This document shows positions 53,132 through 58,085 of a stretch of DNA of 58,085 bases, piece by piece. The DNA comes from a virus. Lineage: Duplodnaviria; Caudoviricetes. Both the position numbers and the translations under genes were made by a program. Under the pieces are notes generated by a model. It had not been told where the DNA came from and did no database searches. It saw only the letters and a list, made by a program, of their open reading frames with translations. The stretch is taken from the IMG/VR virus record IMGVR_UViG_3300045256_000822, positions 1 to 58,085 of that record; one strand, given 5' to 3'. Every line of letters starts with the position of its first letter. Position 1 is the stretch's first letter.

Positions 53132-54096
53132 GGTTGCTTTGCAGACGTCGACCATCCACGAGCTAACACGGCATCTACAAATGGATCGTTATTCGGCCCG
53201 TGAATATACAAACCTTTCTCGGCTGCAATGCTGACAGCAGAGCCCCAAAGGCCCGTAATCCTGCGGACATGTTCACTCCACTTTTCGTCTGCACCAAGAT
53301 CCGCCCTAACAAGGCCGCGTGTCAGCATCAGTCCGCTCAATGACTGATTCTCCTGGAGGAAGCTCGTTAATGCTATTTCGGAGTTGTCAAAACAAAGCGT
53401 CCCATAGCTTGGGACTACCACTTCGCCCGAGAGCGTCTTCTGTTTGATAAACTCAGGTACATAGCGAATCTGAAGACTCAGCTCCGTGCCATAGCGGCAC
53501 GTTCCGAGTACGACGCGCCTGAAGCCTTCGAGGAATCTAATCGCCTGACTGCGCTGTGGTGGGGTTAGGCCATCTGCCGAAACATAACTCAGCCGCAGGT
53601 CGAATACGTAAGTTCCAGCCTGCATCGTCAGCAATGTGGGCGACTTTACTTTTAACAGTTTGGCCTGGGTTGGTATGCCTTTCGCTTCTCGCAGGACCTG
53701 AATCAACGCGATGCGATCGTCACTGTCGTCATCTCGTGCCTTTAAGGCCGCAAGAATGTACGCGTTGTGCCAGCTAATCTGGCGGTTCGCAGGAGACTCA
53801 TAAAGCTGGTCAAAGTACTCGACTATATCGTTAACCACCGTTTGCGGCGGTGTATCGAGCCAATCTCGCGCGAAGCCATAGGATGCCTGATTCCCGATGA
53901 GTCCGTCGGCAATGCTGCGGGCCTGAGCGCCCGCCCAAAAACCTCGAATAACAAAAGATCGAGCGTCATGGCTTAAAGCTCGCCAGCAGCCACCATCCGT
54001 CTTCGCCTCGTTGTTAGCAGTCGAACATGGACGTTCTTGCGCCGAAGCCCCGACTGCAGAAATCAGGATCAAAAGGTAAATGGCTATCCGCTGCAT
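53128..54096 (-). CDS. Secreted protein with degenerate thermonuclease-like C-terminal domain
   Basis: Signal peptide; KVKSPTLL..LRLSYVSA..LMLTRGLV..A.EKGLYIHG resembles the SNase fold without DGDT. Confidence 0.65.
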   Translation of the reverse strand: MQRIAIYLLILISAVGASAQERPCSTANNEAKTDGGCWRALSHDARSFVIRGFWAGAQARSIADGLIGNQASYGFARDWLDTPPQTVVNDIVEYFDQLYESPANRQISWHNAYILAALKARDDDSDDRIALIQVLREAKGIPTQAKLLKVKSPTLLTMQAGTYVFDLRLSYVSADGLTPPQRSQAIRFLEGFRRVVLGTCRYGTELSLQIRYVPEFIKQKTLSGEVVVPSYGTLCFDNSEIALTSFLQENQSLSGLMLTRGLVRADLGADEKWSEHVRRITGLWGSAVSIAAEKGLYIHGPNNDPFVDAVLARGWSTSAKQP

Positions 54097-54136
54097 GGCA
54101 CCCCCTCCGCTGCTCATAGCAGAGCACAACCGGCGG

Positions 54137-54583
54137 TTAATTTGAAGAGCGCGGGGGGTGAACGCCGCAGTAGTCCGGCAGCCGATAACGAACGCGCTGA
54201 ACGATCCCGGCGCGCGGCTCTGAACCGACATACCGCGGACTGTACCGTGGGCAGCTGAGCGCCCATCCGCCGCGGACCATTGCGCCGTTCAGGTCGACCC
54301 CGCCCGCGCTACAGTAGCCCACCGCGCGCCGATGCGTGCGCTCGCCTGTGAGCTCGCAGCGGACTTCCCTGTCGCCGATCAGCCGCCGCATCGCTTCGGT
54401 TGCCTCAGCGCCCCCAGGCTCACCGCGCTCCGGAGCGGCGATGCCCTTCAGCCGCACCGGAACGGCGCCGATCTCGATCGTGTCGCCGTCGATCGTGCGC
54501 GCGTGGCCGGTTAGGATGGCTTCTGCCGCCTGGCCGGGCACGCAAGCCATAGACATAAGTAAGGCGAATAAGAGAGCCTTCAC
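54137..54583 (-). CDS. Thermonuclease (SNase) family protein
   Basis: IDGDTI, VRLKGIAAPE, DLNGAMVRGGWA, RY; signal peptide. Confidence 0.9.
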   Translation of the reverse strand: MKALLFALLMSMACVPGQAAEAILTGHARTIDGDTIEIGAVPVRLKGIAAPERGEPGGAEATEAMRRLIGDREVRCELTGERTHRRAVGYCSAGGVDLNGAMVRGGWALSCPRYSPRYVGSEPRAGIVQRVRYRLPDYCGVHPPRSSN

Positions 54584-55377
54584 GGTCGGGCCCGCGTCGG
54601 CGTGAAGCGCTCAGATGGAAAGACCGCGTCGAAGCAGGACCGAAATTCCTCTCCGTTTCGAGGGATCGGGTTGTTTGCGCACATCGTCGCCGTCGCCGTG
54701 CAGCTCTTGTGATCGTAGTCTTTGCGATCGAAGGCCTTGTCGCAGCGGGTGCGTGCGGCCTCGGCGAGCTTGTTGATCTCGGCCGCATGCCTGCGTTCCT
54801 CGTCGGCTTTCTTCTCGGCGGCGATGCGCGCAATCTGCCCGCGCTCAAGGGAGTCGACCGGCCGAATCGCGGTCGGCTGTGCCGCGGCGGTGCGCAACCG
54901 CTCGAACTCGGCGCGCGCCTCGTCGAGGCCGTCGAGGTTGAACACGAAGTCGCGCGGCATGGGCTGTGCGTCTACACGCAGCAGCAGCTTGCGCCCAGCC
55001 TGGATCTGCGCGGCGAGCTCTCCTTCCTGCTCAAGCTGCGCCATGCACATCTGGGCGCGCTCGTTGCATGCGCGCATTTCGATGGGCTTATGCGTGTCGA
55101 CGCGAGCCAGGGCATTCCTTAACGGCAGTCGGCTCGACACCAGGCGGACCGCGGCGCCTTTATCCGTGTCGCGCCAGCTGAGGAAGACCATCTCCCTCCC
55201 GCCGACTTCAGTGCCGTTGCCGAGCAGGATGCAGGTGGTCTTATCAGTCATTCCGTCGACGGTGCATTGCACCGTCCAGCCGCCGTAGTCCTTGCTCGAA
55301 CGAATATTCTGTGCGCTTGCGACATGCGCGCCTGCAACCAGGGCGGCTGCCGCCGCAATCGTTAACGATCTACGCAT
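54580..55377 (-). CDS. Exported protein, IalB-like N-domain
   Basis: Signal peptide; YGGWTVQC..D.MTDK..C; FNLDGL..A. Confidence 0.7.
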   Translation of the reverse strand: MRRSLTIAAAAALVAGAHVASAQNIRSSKDYGGWTVQCTVDGMTDKTTCILLGNGTEVGGREMVFLSWRDTDKGAAVRLVSSRLPLRNALARVDTHKPIEMRACNERAQMCMAQLEQEGELAAQIQAGRKLLLRVDAQPMPRDFVFNLDGLDEARAEFERLRTAAAQPTAIRPVDSLERGQIARIAAEKKADEERRHAAEINKLAEAARTRCDKAFDRKDYDHKSCTATATMCANNPIPRNGEEFRSCFDAVFPSERFTPTRARP

Positions 55378-55496
55378 CTCGCGACTCCAACCCAGCGGTC
55401 ACGGGCAACCGCAAGATGCAAACATATGGCGGCTGAAATTGAAAGAAGTGGCGTCACCTAACCCAGAGATGAAAGCCGCGCCGGTGAGGGCGGGGC

Positions 55497-56226
55497 GGAG
55501 TTTATCTAGAGGGAAGGCCCCCGGTTGCTCGCTAACTCAGCTCCTCGAGGATTGCCGCATCGTCATTGCGTGGGCTGTTGACGCGCGTGCTGATCTGATA
55601 TGCCCGCATCAGGTCAGCCGGGAAGGGCTCGCACGCTGCCTGGAGTGCCGGCGGATCGGCCGGCTCTTCGCCGAGCCACAGCGCGAAATTTTCCGGCCGC
55701 AGAATCACAGGCATACGGTTGTGGATCGGCGCGACGAGTTCATTCGGCTCGCCGGTGACGATCGTGAATGTCCGGAGCCAATTGCCCTCCGGATCCTTCC
55801 AGTTTTCCCAAAGGCCGGCCATTGCCATCGGCTCGCCCGACTTGAGAGTAATGAACATCGGCTGCTTCGCGCCCCCAGTCTTCTTCCATTCGAAGAACCC
55901 GTTGGCCGGCACGATGCAGCGGCGGCCCTTCGCAAATGCCTGCTTGAACGCAGGCTTGGTCGCCATCGTCTCGACGCGCGCATTGATGCACTGGTTACCG
56001 ATCTTCGGGTCTTTCGCCCACGACGGGATTAAGCCCCAGCGCAACAGGTCCAGCGAACGCGCCTTAGTCTCGGGATTGAAGCGCACCACTGGCGCCAGCT
56101 GCGTCGGCGCCATGTTGTAGCGCGGCGGGAAATTCGGCAGCGGTCCGGTAACCTTGAAGTAGCGCCCGACCTCGTCGGGCGGCAGGGAGACGGAGAATCG
56201 GCCGCACATGGCTGGAGTTTATCTAG
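55497..56226. repeat. 13-bp direct repeat GGAGTTTATCTAG flanking the SRAP gene
   Basis: Exact copies at 55497-55509 and 56214-56226. Confidence 0.8.
55532..56209 (-). CDS. SOS response-associated peptidase (SRAP/YedK/HMCES family)
   Basis: MCGRF N-terminus, YNMAP, WGLIP.W, NARVET, GFFEW, IHNRMP. Confidence 0.95.
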   Translation of the reverse strand: MCGRFSVSLPPDEVGRYFKVTGPLPNFPPRYNMAPTQLAPVVRFNPETKARSLDLLRWGLIPSWAKDPKIGNQCINARVETMATKPAFKQAFAKGRRCIVPANGFFEWKKTGGAKQPMFITLKSGEPMAMAGLWENWKDPEGNWLRTFTIVTGEPNELVAPIHNRMPVILRPENFALWLGEEPADPPALQAACEPFPADLMRAYQISTRVNSPRNDDAAILEELS

Positions 56227-56432
56227 TCGGTTGATTCGCGCGCCAGCAGCCGCTTCATGAACTCGGCGGCGCGCTCGCCATTGCAGTCGCGGGGCCCCCG
56301 AAGCTTCACTCCGGCCGCCCGCAGCCCCTGTAGAATAAGGTCAGCCTGAAGGTCGTGCTTGCGCCACCATCCCAGGGTGGCGCCGCGCTCGAGCGCATCG
56401 ACGATAATAGCCTTCACGTCGTCCCGGGTCAT
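56223..56432 (-). CDS. Small hypothetical protein
   Basis: MTRDDVKAIIVDAL...QADLILQGLRAAGVKL. Confidence 0.45.
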   Translation of the reverse strand: MTRDDVKAIIVDALERGATLGWWRKHDLQADLILQGLRAAGVKLRGPRDCNGERAAEFMKRLLARESTD

Positions 56433-56463
56433 GGCACAGGAAGGGTCGGCACATAAGCTGTTC

Positions 56464-57432
56464 CTAAGGAACCTGCCGTGTGTGGAAAGCGTGAACCTTG
56501 CCGTCCTCTGGGCTCCGCATCTGGATAATCCAACGGTCAGAACTCCCGGCCAGGTGAACCATGTGAAGATCGAGCAGGCGTTCAATCCGTCCTATCCACT
56601 CTGCAATCGGACGACCGAAGCGGACGATACGAGGATCAGTGCGAAATGGATTCCGCGTGTGCAAGACCTCGCTGCACTGGTCATAAAGAAAAACGAACTC
56701 GTCTGCCGTTAGAAATCCGTCGTTCACATTCTCTATCTGCCGAACCCGTTGATCATTTGCAGCAGAGACGGAGATAGGTTGCGGATAAAAGTCACGGTGA
56801 ATCTTTGCCATCTCGGCTAGCAGGCGCTTTGCACGCCAATGCGCAGCAAAGTTCGCATGCGCTTGCGCATACGCCTCTTTGTGAGCCGAGAGCGAACTGA
56901 ACGCGATAAGCTCAAGCGACTTGCGTAGGTTTAGACACACGACCTCGGCGTCCATATCTTCATGGCCGCAAGGTGATCTGCCCGACACTACTTCGTTGAT
57001 TAGCAGGACACGGCGCTTCACCTCCTCCATGCATTCGCAGTAAAGCACGATAGATTCTTGGGGTATCGGTGCCGGTTCAGACATTCCGGTCATTTCGGCG
57101 CTGACCGTTCCATCGGGGCGGCGGCATAGATTGAATTCGAAGGCCGATGCCGAGAAGTAGTCGCGAAATTTGCCAGGCCTGCTAGGCGTCCCGGTATCTT
57201 GTTGAAGGAGGAAATAGACGATGGCGATCTCGTGCGGATGCCGGCCGTCGCTATCTTTGATCAATCCCGTCTGCAGAAGATGTTCGACTGCGGCCCTGCT
57301 GACGCCCACCAAGTCAGCGCCAGTGCTCGTTGCCGCCTGCAAGACGTCCTGTTCAAGGGCAGCTACGTCCTTCTCGCCGCCGATCCAAGTGAACACGTGA
57401 CGACCGTCCACATTGACCTTTATTTCGCCCAT
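56464..57432 (-). CDS. Hypothetical two-domain protein (helical C-domain)
   Basis: 322-aa lower-GC ORF; LRKSLELIAF, FYPQP, LY..CS..LH. Confidence 0.7.
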   Translation of the reverse strand: MGEIKVNVDGRHVFTWIGGEKDVAALEQDVLQAATSTGADLVGVSRAAVEHLLQTGLIKDSDGRHPHEIAIVYFLLQQDTGTPSRPGKFRDYFSASAFEFNLCRRPDGTVSAEMTGMSEPAPIPQESIVLYCECMEEVKRRVLLINEVVSGRSPCGHEDMDAEVVCLNLRKSLELIAFSSLSAHKEAYAQAHANFAAHWRAKRLLAEMAKIHRDFYPQPISVSAANDQRVRQIENVNDGFLTADEFVFLYDQCSEVLHTRNPFRTDPRIVRFGRPIAEWIGRIERLLDLHMVHLAGSSDRWIIQMRSPEDGKVHAFHTRQVP

Positions 57433-58085
57433 GCTGTTGCCTTTCGGCGCACGCGGATCCAGCCATCATGAATCCACAATGCGAAGGAGGTCCCGCCGAT
57501 CACCGCACCGGCCACGAAAGCCGCGCAGCTGATGATCGCCGCGGCGATGCCGACATACTGGTGTCGTAGCGCGGCCCTGCCGCGGCGCTTACGTAGGGCT
57601 TCCTCGCGTGCGATTTCTTCGGCGGTCGGGCCCGATGCCTTCGGAACGTGTGGCGACTCCTCCACGTGCGCCTTGTTGCGGACCATCGCTCGGACGTTTC
57701 GCTCAGCCGTGGCGCGATTCGCCCCAGCGTGAAGCGACAGAAAAGCGAATATCGCGGCAATCAGCGCGGCGACGATCCCGAAAGCGTGCGCGCTCAGAGC
57801 GTGGCCTAGGCTGGAAGGGGTCAGCGCACCTTCGAACACCTTTTGGAGCGATGGCCAGACGATTACTGCACCGCTGTTCATGAGGATAAGTGTGCGAATC
57901 GTCATCTGCGCCATGCTGACGGCGGCGCGGCTGGCCTCAACGTCGAAGTTCTCCATGGGCGCGACATCGACCCGATAGCGCTCGAGATAGAGCTTCTCCC
58001 GTTCGATGTGGAGCTTGCTCCGCTCGAGGTTCAGGCGTTCGTGTTCGATCGCCAGGCGCTCCTTTTCGATCTCTGCGTCGGCCAT
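57420..58085 (-). CDS. Membrane protein with N-terminal coiled coil
   Basis: (I/L)ExExL repeats; ILMNSGA; three hydrophobic segments. Confidence 0.7.
   Translation of the reverse strand: MADAEIEKERLAIEHERLNLERSKLHIEREKLYLERYRVDVAPMENFDVEASRAAVSMAQMTIRTLILMNSGAVIVWPSLQKVFEGALTPSSLGHALSAHAFGIVAALIAAIFAFLSLHAGANRATAERNVRAMVRNKAHVEESPHVPKASGPTAEEIAREEALRKRRGRAALRHQYVGIAAAIISCAAFVAGAVIGGTSFALWIHDGWIRVRRKATAWAK

Noticed and set aside
56460-56472. GTTCCTAAGGAAC as a LexA box for SRAP
   Set aside because: The alphaproteobacterial LexA box is the direct repeat GTTC-N7-GTTC; this is an inverted repeat overlapping a stop codon.

Overview
This window is an apparently near-complete temperate podovirus-type prophage of an alphaproteobacterium (GC-rich, with GcrA-, GapR- and PraR-like regulators). 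Left to right: two Cys-rich lipoproteins; a tyrosine integrase with an overlapping Xis-like gene; a leftward early operon (XRE regulator, HerA-like ATPase, YqaJ exonuclease, ERF); a lambda-like CI/Cro switch with a duplicated operator; a rightward early/replication operon (KGG protein, GapR-like, RuvC-like, GcrA, two DNA methylases, DUF1376 initiator, DUF6456-like late regulator); P22-like packaging, head and tail genes with an N4-gp56-type capsid; ejection proteins including a ~2360-aa polyvalent protein; a lysis cassette; and a right-end accessory block (DprA + PRTase defence-like pair, thermonucleases, SRAP). No att core could be identified. The best candidate for a new system is an antisense sigma70-type promoter driving a compact ~90-nt structured RNA inside the giant ejection gene, immediately after its RelE/barnase-like nuclease domain (a possible built-in RNA antitoxin). 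A second candidate is a ~180-nt closed multi-branch RNA in the early operon. All family assignments come from motif recognition by eye, not database searches.
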